Below are positions 31,200-45,100 of a stretch of DNA of 64,000 bases, piece by piece. Made by a program: the position numbers and the translations under genes. The notes beneath the pieces were generated by a model. The model did not search any database and had not been told where the DNA came from. It was given only the letters and a program-made list of their open reading frames with translations. Each line of letters starts with the position of its first letter. The stretch's first letter is position 1. This DNA is from Lama guanicoe (lineage: Eukaryota): NCBI GenBank assembly GCA_013239625.1, contig MU053472.1, positions 2,887,822 through 2,951,821 of the forward strand, given 5' to 3'.

Positions 31200-32500
31200 A
31201 AAAGATTTATGAAATTCAGGAGTCTATACCAATATAAATAAAAACCATAAATAATAAAAAAGGAAAAGTTGCTCCTTGTGAAAGAAAGTTAACTTAAAAA
31301 TGGTGAAAGACTGATGGAATTTTTTAAGTTAGTACTCTGTAATCACAATGACTGATTCAGGCAAGAATCATCAATGGATACTAAAAATTAATAGATGAAA
31401 TTTTGAGGAGTAACATATTTCCATAGTCTCAAAATATCTCCCCACAAGATACTTCTTACAAAAGCAAAAAGTTTTATAGTGAAGAAATCTGTTATACACA
31501 ACCTTCATCAAATGATGAAAGTTAGTATCACCAGCAGTGGGTCAAAATGACAGATGTGCTTCCTGATGCAATGCACTACAAAAAAACATATAACTCCTGT
31601 GGTATTCCTGCCAAAGGTATACAATCTGAATCCAATCATGACGACCTATCAGATAAACCCAAACTGAGGGACATTCCACAAAATAAATGATCTGTACTCT
31701 TCAAAATTATCTACATACTGAAATACAAACAGTTGCAGATGAAAGAAACCTAAAGACACAGGAAAACTCAATGCAACTCATGATCCTGAATTTTCTTTTG
31801 ATATAAAGAACATTATGGGTCCAACTGATGAAATCTGAATAAAGCCTGAAATTAGGTAACAGTATTCTGTCAAAGTCAATTTCTTCACTTTGATCACTGT
31901 AGTTTTTTAAGATCATTTTGTTATTCTTAGCAAATACACACTAGAGTATGTAGTAGCAAAGAGGCATCATGTCTGCAACTATTTTCAAACAGTTCAATAA
32001 AAAATGTACAGAGAGGCTGAAGAAGATAAGTCAAATATAGTAAAAAAAAAAAAATGTTAAGAACTGACAAATCTGGGTAAGTGTGGAAAGAATCTTTGTA
32101 CCATTCTTCAAACTTTTCTGTAAATCTGAAACTCTGTAGAAATAAAACGTTTCTTACAAGAAGCTTAAGGGACATAACTGAAAACAACATGTAGATCTTG
32201 TTTGGACCCTGCTTTAAACAAACCAGTTAACATTTGGGGACAAAGAAATCTGAATATGGACTGGTATTGAAGGATTGTAAACTATTAGGATGTTATAATG
32301 ATACTGTTATTGTAAGAAAAGTTCCTTATTTTCTAAAGATGGATGCTGGAATATTTAGAGGTGAGATGTCATGATAAATTTAAATTTTTTAAAAAATCAG
32401 GTTAAGTAAAACAAAAAAGCAAATATAGCAAAATATTATTAAAAATCTAGAGGCCAAAGAAAACAGGAAAAATGAAAGAAAAATCTAGATGACAGAGCAT
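31200..32500 (+). mobile_element. Old L1 (L1MC/ME-like) 3' fragments
   Basis: gattcaggcaagaatcatcaatgga and aaacccaaactgagggacattccacaaaataa motifs. Confidence 0.6.
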
Positions 32501-32784
32501 ATGCTCTTCCTAGTATTATGAAAGCTTGCAAATTTATTATTTTTTAAAGTTTTTAAAAAGGGATAAATCTCCACTCTTTTATAGGTTATAGAACTTGAAA
32601 AGTAAATTACAACTGTAAGGATTAGACTTTTATTAGGCAATTTACCTTTACGGCAGGAAGGAAGACTACCATCTCAAAAGGTAAAGATGAAAATCAAGTC
32701 ATTCAAAGAGCGACATAATTCCAGAGCAAGAGGTTACGCTCTGTAAAGGAGCTGTACAGATCCAATCAGAACTAAGAGGTTTTG

Positions 32785-32980
32785 CTACACTGTCTAATAC
32801 AGCAGCCACCAGTCACATGCAGCTATTTAATTTTATTCAGTAAATAAAACTTAAAATTCAGCTCCTCAGGCACATTAGTCACATTTCAAGTACTCGACAG
32901 TCACATGTGACTACTTGCTGTATTGGAAGGCAAAGAATATAGAACATTTCCATCACTGCACAGTTCTACTGGACAGCATT
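32785..32980. mobile_element. MER3-like hAT MITE
   Basis: ctgtctaatacagcagccaccagtcacatg ... gttctactggacagc. Confidence 0.65.
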
Positions 32981-35559
32981 GTTTTCAGAAATTTCTCTTG
33001 GGAGTTCAACAAGAACTTTTAACTTTAATATTAAATTCTGGCAAATATAAAGGACAGCTGGCAAAGAGACACATTCATCTTATATAAGGATTTCACACAA
33101 GACAAGGAGAAGCAGAAAAAATTAGAACTTCCAGGTTTCAGAGTCCAGTATCTGCAGGAGGCTTGGGGGAAAAAAACCTACAAAGTTCAATGCTAGCAGA
33201 AGTGAGAGCCTAAGGAAAAACTTCTCAGTCTGGGTGATTCTTCCCCTTCAAGAAATCACTAAAAATTCAAATTGGTTAGGCCCAGGGTTATAAGGGACTA
33301 AGAAGGACTGAGAATGTGCAGATATAATAAGATGTAATTTCTTCAGAGAATACAAGAGAGGTCCATCTCTGTGCCTGGTAAACTACCACTGCCTCAATTT
33401 CTAAGATGCTCAATATGATAAAGCTTTTGACAGAAGAGCACACAACTGTTAAGAAGAATACCCAATTTCAAAAATGTTAATGGTGAAACAGACTGTATTA
33501 AAATCAAAGATTTATGGTGAATTTTTTTTAACTTCAACAATATTAGATTCAGAAATCTAAGTTAAATGCTCATCAGTTTTTAACATTTTGTATTTTCCTG
33601 TCTTGGTTTTGAAACTGTACTTGATTTGATTATAAATGTGGCATACAAGCACTCTATTTTATGGACTTCTATTCTTTTACAATTATTTAGCTCTAGGACT
33701 ACGGTATTATGACAAATTATTCTAAAATAGATTGGCTCTGATGTGACGCTACTAATATTACAGTCAAACCCAGAACAAGGGTAGGCCAATTTTTTTTGTT
33801 CAAAATTGACGTTACTAAAGACAGACAGGAAAACCTTCATGTGTCAAGGAATCAGGAAACCTACTGACGGTGAGTCAGAACCATGTTAGAATAAATTAGT
33901 GATATTGTTAAAGGAACCAAATGGACCATGCAAGTGTTTAATACAATAGTATGCACGTAGCAAAAAGGGCAGAAAATTCTAGTGTAAGACAATTCAACCA
34001 AGTAAAACCACACTATTTTTTCAATGCCCAATTCTTTGGCTAGCTAAATACGACACTCTGTTAGCACAACGTCTGCCTCAGCAATCAATCACGATTGTGT
34101 CTATGCCTACAAATATCACACAATTAAAGGAGCAGTAAGTTTGCTTTGAGCCTACTAATTTCAACCAGCAGTTCTTTACAGTTGATCAGACAGGAACACT
34201 CACTGGAAACAAGCTTCTTTATATGCACATCTGGGGAGTCTGCTTCCTAATGAATGACTAGCAAACTCAGAACAGAACTCATTTACCAGCTGAATCAGCT
34301 GAAAACCAAAATGCATTAAAATTTGTGTTTACAACAGCATTATTAAGGATAATGTTTCACAATCAGTGCTTGGCTTTACACTTTCCGGTTCCCTCCTCCT
34401 TGTTTCATCTAATAGAATGTAAAGGAAGTATGTACAGCTACTGGGTTTCAGATGAGGCGATTTTGGAAGTGCTCTATGCATAGTCCTATATCCATTACTT
34501 TTTCTGTAAATGGATCTTGTACCTTAATGAAGACTTAATAGGTGTGATCGCTACAGAGTTAAGAAGTCAACAATTTTAGAGAGGCCTGCTGATGCGTGGA
34601 TGTCACCCAAGACAGATATTGTTTAGTGCTTGAAGCTTTGGTTAACTTCCTATCCCAAGGATTCCACTCAGCATAATTTCCTTTGAAAGTTCCAAAACAT
34701 CCTCTACCTTCACTAGTATTAATCACTGAAAAACATGCTGACAGTAGGCGCTTCACTGAGCCCTTCCAGGAAACGAGCAGAATATGAAATAAGAACTGCA
34801 GTTGCTGTCTTCTGCAGGAAATGAATAAAAATGCTGAAAATGCAGCGTCACTTTAATCCTTTCATCAGCTGTGCACCAGCCACTGTTTTCTATGCGCTTC
34901 ACAAATTTTAAGCAATAAAAATGCCTTTAACCCTTGTTGACCCCACACTTAAAAATACACATACTTGTTTCTACCCTCTGTTAAGCCTTCGTGGCAAACA
35001 TTCTTAGAATTGTTTCCTCTGGTCACTAATTCCAAATTGTTAACACATTCAGGAAGGAACCATAGTTGGAGACAGGGACTGTTTAAAAAGACTATTAGCT
35101 TTGGTAAACTATCAGGAGACTCAAAGAATTTTTCCTACTTGTACCCAACTACTAACTACAAAATTAAAAACCTTTAAATTTGATTCATTCTTAAAAATAA
35201 TTATCCAATAATTAGATGAATAATCACATATTAATTCTGATCAAGCTGCAGAGGAATACAGGGAAGTTTTTATACCCCAAATCTTACAGATGGGTATGAC
35301 TCCTCAAGGTTATACCCTTTCCTGTATAAATGCCATTCAGCTGAATGCAACTAAAGCTATGACTGGTTACAGGTGGAGGTACACGTGCTGTCTCAGAAGA
35401 AACGGAAACGCAATTTAAGACGAGACACGTAATTTAAGAGAGGGCAGATGTGCAGAGACTGGGCAAGAACATACAGTAGTAAGAAATACCATATATGCCC
35501 AAGTATTTTATATATATTCATTTTCCCAAACATACTACTCCCTGGACATCCAAAAAAGC

Positions 35560-36225
35560 GTTTGACAACTGTTGGAGAGAATGTGGAAATATTGGAACTC
35601 TCATATATTGTTGGTGGGGATGTAAAATGGTACAGCTGCTGTGAAATAGTAGGGCAGTCCCTAAAAAAGTTAAAATATAGAATTACCACATGTCCCAACA
35701 ATTCTACTTCTCAGTATATATCCCAAAGAACTGAAAACAGGTATTCAAAAAAACCTGTACATTATTGTTCGTAGCAGCACTATTCACAATACCCTCAGGT
35801 GGAAAGAAGCCAAATGTTCATCAATAGATGAAAGGACAAATAAAATGTGGTATATCCAGTCAACAGAGTATTATTCAGCCACTAAGGAATGAAGTATTAA
35901 TACATACCACAATACGGATAAACCCCAAACAGTAAGCTTAATGAAGGAAGTTAGACACAAAAGGTCCCATGCTGTGCAATTCCATTTATAAGGAATAGGT
36001 AAATTCACAGAGACAGAGAGCACATTAGTGTAGTTGCCAGGGGATGGGAGGAGGCAGGAAAGAGACTGCTTAATGGATACGGGATTTCCTTTTGGGGTAA
36101 TGAAATCTTTTGGGACTAGAAACTGGAGATGGTCACAAAACACTGTGAATATACTAAATACCACTAAATTGTTCACTTTAAAATGGTTAATTTTAAATTA
36201 TATCAATTTTATCTTAATTTAAAAA
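35560..36225 (+). mobile_element. L1MB-like 3' end (ORF2 C-terminal remnant plus 3'UTR)
   Basis: ORF 35448..35774 contains a degenerate L1 ORF2 tail (VGENVEILELSYIVGGDVKWYS). Confidence 0.8.
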
Positions 36226-38269
36226 GGCTTCTGGTCTTGTTAAATTGTGAACTTTTAGGGATTAGATATACTTAATGTATAATTCAAGTAGTCATTTGAC
36301 GTAGTTTATATAGACATTTTTAAAAATAATTAACTTTGAAATGTTTTTCTACTCTTCACATTTCAGAAACCATTTCAAACTCTTCAAATACATTTTTTAC
36401 ATCATACATGTCTTCATTAGCAGTGGAAAGTCATCTCCATTCTATCAAAGTGCTTTTTAAATATCCATTCTGGTGTAATCATGGGAATTTTATAAAATGC
36501 CTCAAATTTCTATTTCTGTATTAGGAGAGTTAGTTTTACAGTTGGTTTTTGGATTATAATCTCCAGAAACACATCCCCAATGGACTGATATTTGAATGAT
36601 ACTTAAAATGTTTGCTTACAACATCCAACAGTTGTAACTGAGGCCATACAGAGAGAAATAATTACTAGATGTGTTAAATTTACCTCTTACCAATCCAGCT
36701 GGTTTCAAGCCCATGGTAGCCTTCATTGAACATTGCTGTAGCACTCAATTCAAACAGAAGTAACTATGAAAGGACTCAGTAATATGGACACTCAGTTCCT
36801 GAGGAATATTTTATGGTTAAAAAAAAAAAAAGGAAAAGAAAAGAAACCTGCCTTAGATTTGCATAGGAGAGAATGTAGGGTATCGTAGAGTGTAGAAAGA
36901 GACGGATTTTGTAGACCATGTTTTCCCTAAAGGTTTTTTCCCCCTAATTATTAATTCTCAAATAATGAGATCTACCCAAAGTCAGCTGTTTGCCAAGCTT
37001 AGCATATATGGATAGTCTCTGGCTTCACTCTGTCCACTTTGGTGGTTTTTAAGCCCTTTCTCAGATGAGAAACTAGTCAGAAACAGATGAAAGGAACTCT
37101 CAACCCAATTCCCATTTTTCATCTATGATGATTCCCACAGTTTCAATAGACAGAGGTCATTAAAAACTGCAATCCCCAGGACCCCCAGTTCTTCCCTTCC
37201 CTACTCCCGAAATGGACTAGACGTAGAAAACGAGGACAAAGTCTGGTGTAATTCCAAGATCTTGGCTTCAATACCTGGGTAAGGTAGTTTTTTCCTGTAG
37301 CATAACATTTGTTCAACTCAACTGGATAGAGATTCCCCTCCAGCATAGGGGCCAAGAACTAATATCTGAGTGTCTATGTGGGCTAAGTATTATGATATAA
37401 ACACAAATACATACTATAGTCTAACATTACAACTGTACAGAAAGTATTAATTATATAATAAGTGAGGAAGTTGAGAAAAGATAAAAAGATACAGCTTCAA
37501 TTAAACATCTGAGACATTTTCCCACAATAACACACTGCAGAAGTTAAAATTTTTAATGTGACAAAATGGCTTTAATGGACTCAGTTCCCATTCTTTCAAA
37601 AGTAAGCTTTAAATCTGCTTTACTTCAGAACTTAAAATTTCTCAATTACCCAATGATTCAGACAGGAAGTCCTAATATTACTGGCAGTTCTGCCTCCAAA
37701 GCACAGTCCTACAAATTTGTATCCATTTTCCCCTCTATGGTTATGCTATTTAAACTGAGGGAGCATGTTCTACTTCCACCTTCCTCTTCCCCCACCCCAT
37801 GCTCAATTGTCTTCCTTGGGTTCTATTCAAGTTTTACATTAGTATAAACACAAAAACATGAAAATAGTAAAATAGAAAGCAGAACTTTCCTGCTTTCACA
37901 AGTGACTTCAGACTGGGACGCATACACTCTCTTGTCATTAAGGAAAAGTCTAAGAGAAATTTGAGACATTCAGCCTTATGAGAGGGATATAGATAATCTA
38001 GGTAATTACAAGTTAACATGATCCCAATCATTCTGCACAATTTTCTAGTGGGAACCTGGACAAAGCTCTTCAAAAACATCATCTAAATAACCATTTAAGG
38101 CATAGAAAATCAGATGTAGGTTCACTGGCCCCCTACATTTCTCATAATATAAAAACTACAGAACTAGAAACAAAATACTAGTAGAATATACACCACAACA
38201 CACACACACATTTTACAGATCATTCACCAAATGAAGCCATGTGCCACACTGAAAGAAGAGCAAGTGTTA

Positions 38270-38430
38270 TAAAGTGTGACTCTACAGGTTAACTGCTATG
38301 AACTTCGGTTTCCCCTTTGCAAAATAAGGCTAACCCTACCTACCTGACGGGATGTTTTTGCTAATTAAATGAGAACATGAACATAAAATATTTAGCAGAG
38401 TTCTTGGCACACAGTAGGTGCTCAAATAGC
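38270..38430. mobile_element. MIR fragment (other MIR-like pieces near 2100-2200, 7560-7710, 30190-30300, 56400-56540)
   Basis: MIR core-like sequence: cttcggtttcccctttgcaaaata...attaaatgaga...cttggcacacagtaggtgctca. Confidence 0.65.
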
Positions 38431-38482
38431 TGTAATGGTCAATTTATTTTGATCTTTTGTAGATTTCAGGACTATTAAGATG

Positions 38483-38657
38483 TTTACTTATCTTTTTTTA
38501 TGTGATTGTCCTTTGTTTTCCTTAGTTTTGTTTGTTTTTTTTTTGCAGGAGGAGGTAATTAGGTTTCTTTATTTATTTAGTTTTTTGATGGAGGATTGAA
38601 TCCAGAACCTCATGCATGCTAAACATGCACTCTACCACTTGAGCTATACCCTCCCCC
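38483..38657 (-). mobile_element. tRNA-Ala-like SINE with TSD
   Basis: Same family; TSD gactattaa(g/a)atg at 38470-38482 and 38660-38672. Confidence 0.85.
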
Positions 38658-39699
38658 TAGACTATTAAAATGAATAGTAATTCCCTCTAAACTAGGATAA
38701 AATACCTTAAATTATGTCTTTCATAACAAAAGGAGAGACACAAAAATCCAAGTATGACAGATGGGTTTTGCATAATACATTCCGATCCAAGCTTCCTGCC
38801 ATCCCTTGAGTTAAGAGCATTAGCCTCAGGCACTTGGCCAAGAGGGGAAGGAAAAAAAAAAAAAAGACATGTAGAGCTGTAAACTTTGCTATGGCTTACA
38901 ATTTGATTTCATAAAGTAGATTCTGCATGGCATGTATGTAGTAAATAAATTTAAAGAACTAGACTCATTCTAATATACAGGACAAAAATATCAGCTATGA
39001 ACTTATTTCCTATCTAAGTGAGAACATTCGCTTCAGCGCTACCATCTTATAGAGGGACAGCCATAATAGTAACACTAACAAAAGCCTGGCTGACATTCTA
39101 TGTAGGTATCAGATGTGATTTATCAGGATTCTCAAATATATCTGAACAAAGAATACTAATTAAAAATGAACCAATGGCACATGTGAGCACTCACGGGTTA
39201 TAATAAAAGATTAATTTAAAAATTTCTTTCTTTTGGGCAGTTTCAGAAAAGGATCAATTTTGTGTTATATGAATGTTTATCTTAAATTCTGCACATTATC
39301 TAACATTCAGTAACACCCAAGGTTCCAATTATGTGTGGACAGCCTTTGCCAACTAATCAACACAAGCACAAATGCAATCTGCAGTCTTGTTACCACTGTC
39401 CCTAGTCTAACACAATTGTTGATAAATAGTAAGTACTCAAATCTCAGGTCAGTACCAAATATTTATAAATCATAAATATCTAGGTCTTAGGTCTGCAAAT
39501 AAAATGCTGTGTCACTGGTTGAGAGGTACCTGAATAAAACGTACTGGACAAAAATTATATGGTTAACAATGAATATTCCTCAAGAGCTACACCAAGTACT
39601 TTCACATACACCGTCTCAGACCTTCACAGTTGACTTTGTGAGGCAGCATACCTATTTTACAGAGAAAAAGGAGCAAGCGGTTAGTCTTAACTTGCTTTC

Positions 39700-40170
39700 T
39701 CCAATACTGTAGCCACATTTCACAAGCCACATGTGGTTCCGAGCACATGAAATGTGGTTACTGTGACTGAATTATTTTGAATCTTAAAGTAGTAACTGAT
39801 AGTCGATCCAATTATGGAAAACTTAAGTATGTCTGGAACAACCTACATATGCAAATTTGCTTTTCCAACTGTAAATTTTATGAAAGTTAAATAGTGATCA
39901 AATATATCCAATGAAAATAGGGCTTGAATTGAGATGTGCTCTAAGTATAAAATACACAACAGATTTTGAAAATTCAGTACCCCCCCCAAAAAAGGAATGT
40001 AAAATATCCCATCTGAAAATTTTATACTGATTACATGTTGAAATTACAACATGTGGGGTATACTGAGCTAAACAAAGCATTAAAGTTCATTTCACCTGTT
40101 CTTACTTTTACTATGGCCACTGGAAAACGTAAAATTATAGTTGTGGCTCATAGTTTTCTGTTGAACAGCA
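39700..40170. mobile_element. MER33-like hAT element
   Basis: Termini ctgtagccac...agccacatgtgg and gtggctcatagttttctgttgaacagc. Confidence 0.55.
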
Positions 40171-40990
40171 ATGGTCTCAAAAACCTCCAAACCCCTGATC
40201 TATCTAGTAGACCAAATCATTAATCACACTTTAAACCAGTAGGGCAATCACTTTTCAGGGTGGACTCCAACAGAAAAAAAAACCACAATAGGACCTGTGT
40301 AACTTAAGGCCGATCACTTTTTTTCTTTGAAATATTTAGTATCAGAAGACCCAGGTTCAAAATCCCATTCTGACAGTGTTCCCCTGGCTACTACTTCAAG
40401 TCTCACTTTCAACTGTTTAAGAAGGATGTCTGGAGGAATTAAGTAAAGACCTGAAAGCACCCAGTCACATTCATAGGACACAACAAGTTTTCATAGAAGT
40501 CTGCTGCTCCTTCCACTCACTGGACACTGCTCATTACCACTGCTTCCCAAAAGAGAAGACAGTATTCAACTAACACTTTCAGATTATGAATGTTTTTATT
40601 TTTGCTAACAAAGTGTTTTAAACATATAAATTTGGGTGGCCAAATAAACCTTCACTCTTACAAAGCACATCTGTGTGGCCTGTAATTGTGCAGCTCAATG
40701 TCATAGTCACAGCCTCATAAAATTTACATTAATTAAAAATAAATAAAAGTAAAAACTTAGTTTCTCAGTCACACTAGCACATTTCAAGTGCTCAATGTGC
40801 CTAGGCAGCCAGATAAATTTTCATCATGGAAGAAAGTTCTACTGGACAGGTTACTCTCAAAAAGGAAAAGCTGCATCATTAACACTGACAGAAAAACATC
40901 TTGTTATTGTTAAATATAATTCAAACATCACAGGCTAAGGTTCCTGAAATCATGTATTTCACTGCAGTCCAAAATGAAAATGACTGTGGT

Positions 40991-40993
<3 letters not shown>

Positions 40994-41025
<32 letters not shown>
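40994..41025. repeat. (AC)16 microsatellite
   Basis: Read directly from the sequence. Confidence 0.95.
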
Positions 41026-41028
<3 letters not shown>

Positions 41029-43399
41029 AACCAATTCCATGTCAAATTATTTCCAAAACAGAGTGAAAGCACATTCACTAGAATTAGCCACACCCCTTTA
41101 AGCTAAGTAAATTGACCATTAGGAAAATTCTCAAAAACCTGATACATTTTAAGCTTGGAAGTTATTCCTACAGAAGACTGCAGCATAATTCCAGGCAGCA
41201 TAGTTAAGCATATAACATATCCCAGTAATACTTGGCATTGCTTTCTCTTTGCAAGTCAAAATAAACAGAGCAAGAACCCCTGCCATTCAATGCACAACAA
41301 ATTCCACGCCTGTATTTATGGATCAAAGGGAAAAGAATAGGGTGGGGAGATTAACTGCAGACCCAAAGAACCTGGGAATACAGTGGAATGAGTCAACTGG
41401 CATACAGATACTTAATGAGCCAAGAAATGAGAATAACAGGCAACACTATATGTAGCTTAGGATTTTTTTCAGAACCTACAATTCTAGCAAAGTCTTGCTC
41501 AAATAAGCACTCATCTGTTCATTGCTATTAGCCTAAACATCCTAAAATAAGAAAAATTCCTTCATAACTTAAAATATTAACATTAATTTGATGTAGTTCC
41601 AGGCCTTGATGACAGATCCTTCCATTGGCCAAAGTAGTTACATGGTATAAAATAAAATCATTTATGTTCACCTTTTGAAGCCTTCACAGGCGAATTCTAC
41701 ACTGAAGTTCCTTAATTCTTATTTCCAACTTTTATCGTAAGTGTTTCAGAAAGTTTTCTGCTACTTAGCAAAGTGACGGGGATTCAGAGGCCAAAGACCT
41801 AAGATGCCAATTAAAATAATCATTCATAAAAAAAAAATAATAATCATTCATTTTTTTTTTAAAGGGAAGGGATAAAAATGAGGAGTCAGGAGTTATCCTG
41901 GAAGAGGTTGGTGACCAGGGCTCTGCACAATTAATCATTATCAGCTGGAGTATACAGTCACCATAGCAAGCTTAAGCATGGCATATATATTACTCCAAAA
42001 AATAAATGAATTCTTCAAGTCTATTTGCAAACCTATTTTATACCCTTCAAATTATTTGAGAAGGAAATGGCTTCAAGTATTTGCAAAAACTCTGAGCCAC
42101 TTAGAAATCAGACCCATATTAAATCTGTCTTCAATTAGTGACAAGGTTGGAGTCCAATCTTTGGGATTATTTAACAATCCTGTCTCCTTTAATAGAAATG
42201 AAAACTATTGTTCAAACCACCACTAGTCAAGAAATAAGATTTACCAGTGGGCTATACCTCTGCTTTGTAAACAGCAACTGTAACCGCTTTTCTTGTGTAT
42301 GATTTTACAAACTTTTGTCTGTAGAAAGATTATACTCCAGAAGCACTTTGATGTGAGGACAAGGGTGTGTTTTCCCCTTACCCTCAAGAACACTATTTTC
42401 CTAACCCTCCACACTTACTACCCACTTGAACAGAACTGTAACCACAGCAATTAAAGTTTGTCTTGGGCATTAACAAAAACCTGTGTCCGTTCTGTCATTT
42501 AACGTTTTAACGTTCTGTAAAAGTGTTCTATTACATCAGATGAGTTATCTGAAAACCAAAGATGACTGAAGAAAGTGCATTACTTGACTCATTTTTTGAG
42601 TAAAGATTTATTATTCATTATATTTCAGGACTTAAAAGGAAAGTTCTTGCTGATGCAAGCAAAGGTAATACCTGTAAAAAATATGAAATTATGTTACTGA
42701 TAGCCCCAATTAAACCTTTTTATTAAGAAGAATCCTTTATGAATAACAATGACAGAAAGTAAATAAAAACAGCCCTCAATGGTAAATTGTCCAAGAGGTC
42801 ACTAATATGTCATGTGAAACCACTGGCATCTTTTATCATTACAAAATTAGCCCTTCAAATGACTGAGCTGAGGCACGCTTCTTTAAAGAAGGTAACTGGG
42901 AAGAAAGCGTATTTTATGAACAAACTATTTCAGCCAAAGTAAAACCAAGACAGGTGAACTAGGAAAATCAGAAGCTCATAAGACTTAATTCAGTCAAACC
43001 CTCCAACGATCACCTGCCTGGGCCCGCCACGGGCATGATGCCAGATAAGACAGTCTGTTGCCTACAGGATAATGCACCATGGGGAAGAACTCTAGAACCT
43101 ACTAAAGGAAGCCAATTGCAGACCAAATAACCTTGCATATCTCAGAACAGGTGTGCTCTATCCCCAGGGCTCGTTCAATTCCATGCAGTCTTGAGGGAGG
43201 TACTCAGCCCAAGTTAAGATAACCTCTGGATAACTCTTTTCTGGCTTCTAGAATCAAAGAGAGGATAAGTGCTGCACCATTCCCAGAGAAATCAAAAAAA
43301 AGGGGAAAAAAAACCACTCGAGTTCCCCCTAGGAACCCTGACCCCACGCACTCTAAGATTGCCACCGCCCTGAGGAATACGTTCCCCCATACATTCCTC

Positions 43400-45100
43400 C
43401 TTTGCCTTCAGTGACCTTCCCTGTTCCTCTTGCCTTGGGGAAGGCAAGAGACGAACCACTGCCGTCCCCCGCACCCTTAGGGGAAGGTGCCTTTCCCGTG
43501 GAGAACCGCAGCGGGAGGAAGAAAAAAACTGCTCCTCCCCATCCCACCCGCCCCACAACTCCTGGGTGCAGACACGATGGGGGAAAGGGAAGAGAGTGCA
43601 ATGGGAGGTGACAGCCCTGCACTGGCTTAAGGAATGAGAATTCTTGCTCCGGAAGAAACGCAGGAGAACCCCTCTACCCCCAACCTACCCAAATGAATGA
43701 ACTGAACAGAAGCAGGGGGTGGAAGGGTTAGTATGCGCAGTTCCAGTCATCCAGGAAGCGAAGACAGAGGCCTTCAAACCCAGGCCTGGTCTCGCTCGCC
43801 CTTTGCACCCCGACTCTCGTCCTTTCTCTCCAAGCCCCACATCATTTAACCCTTTAAGATTTCCAAGATAGTGTCCCCATCCTCCATCTACCCCAGGCAA
43901 CGATACCCCCACCCCCCACCTCTGAGCCTCTTTTTCGCTTGGGCTCAGACTCCAGCTTGCTCCCTCTTCCCTCCCTCTCGCCACAGCCCTCATCAGCCCG
44001 GGGCCAGCCGCACCTGGAGATGCTCCTGAAAACGAATTGGCAGAATCTGGGCCATGGCGCTGTCGGGGGGTACGGTCTCCTCCTGTCACTGGGGCTGCGG
44101 GGCAGTGGCTGCCCGGGCTCTCCAAGGGAGAGGAGGAGAAGGGGGAGGGGGGAGGCTGGGCTCAGCAGGATAGTCTCCGGGGACGCAGGAAACTGGCAGG
44201 CAGACGAAAGAGCTCAGGTCGGGGGCGGAGGCTCCAGGGTCCGGGAGAGCCGCAATGGCGGAACCGGGCGCAGCGCAGACTCCGGAAACGGCTGAGCCCT
44301 GCGGAGGGATCCTGGCGACAGAACTCCGCCCAAGTCACCTCACCCCCTCCACCTTATGTACCCCTCCACGGAGCGCCGCGGTACAGCGGAGCGCAGGAAT
44401 TCGGGTCGCAGTGCGCTGAGGGCCTCGCGTGCTGCGGCGACACGACGGTAAATAGAGGAATCGAAGGGACTACTTTTTTGCCTCATCACTTTCCCCAGCC
44501 GCCTGCTTTTCCCTCCCCCCACCTTTTTTTTTTTTTTGCATTTTGCCACATCATGCGACTAGGGGCGACCAACGTCATTTCCGTGGGCGCTCTAGGTCCC
44601 GCCCACGTACATCCGGGTGCACGTGATGCTGGTCGGAAAAGGTCGGTTGATTGCTGCCAGAATGCAGAGCGCGTTCTAGGGAAAGGCACCGTCCCCTGGG
44701 AATGAGCTGACTGGTGGGCCGCCTTGAGGAATGGCGGTGCTGCTCCCCTTCCCCTGTGGGCCCTGCCTATCTAAACCGAGTCCCTAAGGAGGAGGACGTG
44801 GCGTGGGCAGATGGGCCCAGCCTCCCGCCCTCTCCGTGACTCAGGGAAACGGCCTCCCTGCAGGGTGCTCTTGGCAGCCGGCTGCAGCGCTCCTCCCCCG
44901 CCTAGTTTCAAGTGGTGGGTGGTGTGTTACATCCAGGGAGAGGGAATGAAATGGCGTTTAAAATCCTCTGCCCTTTCGCGCGTCCCTCTGACGGTTGGAG
45001 AAGCTGACGCTTGGATTCTGACTAGTAGTCTCTTCGGATAATGGACATTTGGCTCAGGACAGTGAAGGCCATTTGTGAGGTATCTCACGCTGGCCTTGTG
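43400..45100. promoter_or_regulatory. CpG island / promoter and 5'UTR of CLTC
   Basis: Sharp rise in GC and CpG content around exon 1. Motifs: YY1-like AATGGCGG (44254-44261), ETS-CRE-like CGGAAATGACGT on minus (44572-44583), GC box (44598-44604), E-box CACGTG (44620-44625). Confidence 0.9.
44014..44055 (-). CDS. CLTC: CLTC exon 1, coding part (42 nt, MAQILPIRFQEHLQ)
   Basis: Strong Kozak context GCCATGG; donor CAG|GTGCGG; in-frame TGA 30 nt upstream of the ATG. Confidence 0.97.

Noticed and set aside
44056..44340. uORF or N-terminal extension of CLTC
   Set aside because: There is no upstream ATG on the minus strand in this interval, and an in-frame TGA lies 30 nt before the start codon.
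44037..44705. 222-aa plus-strand ORF and other ORFs overlapping the CpG island
   Set aside because: Long ORFs are expected in stop-poor GC-rich DNA. It starts at a non-ATG codon, is antisense to CLTC exon 1 and has no recognisable domain.
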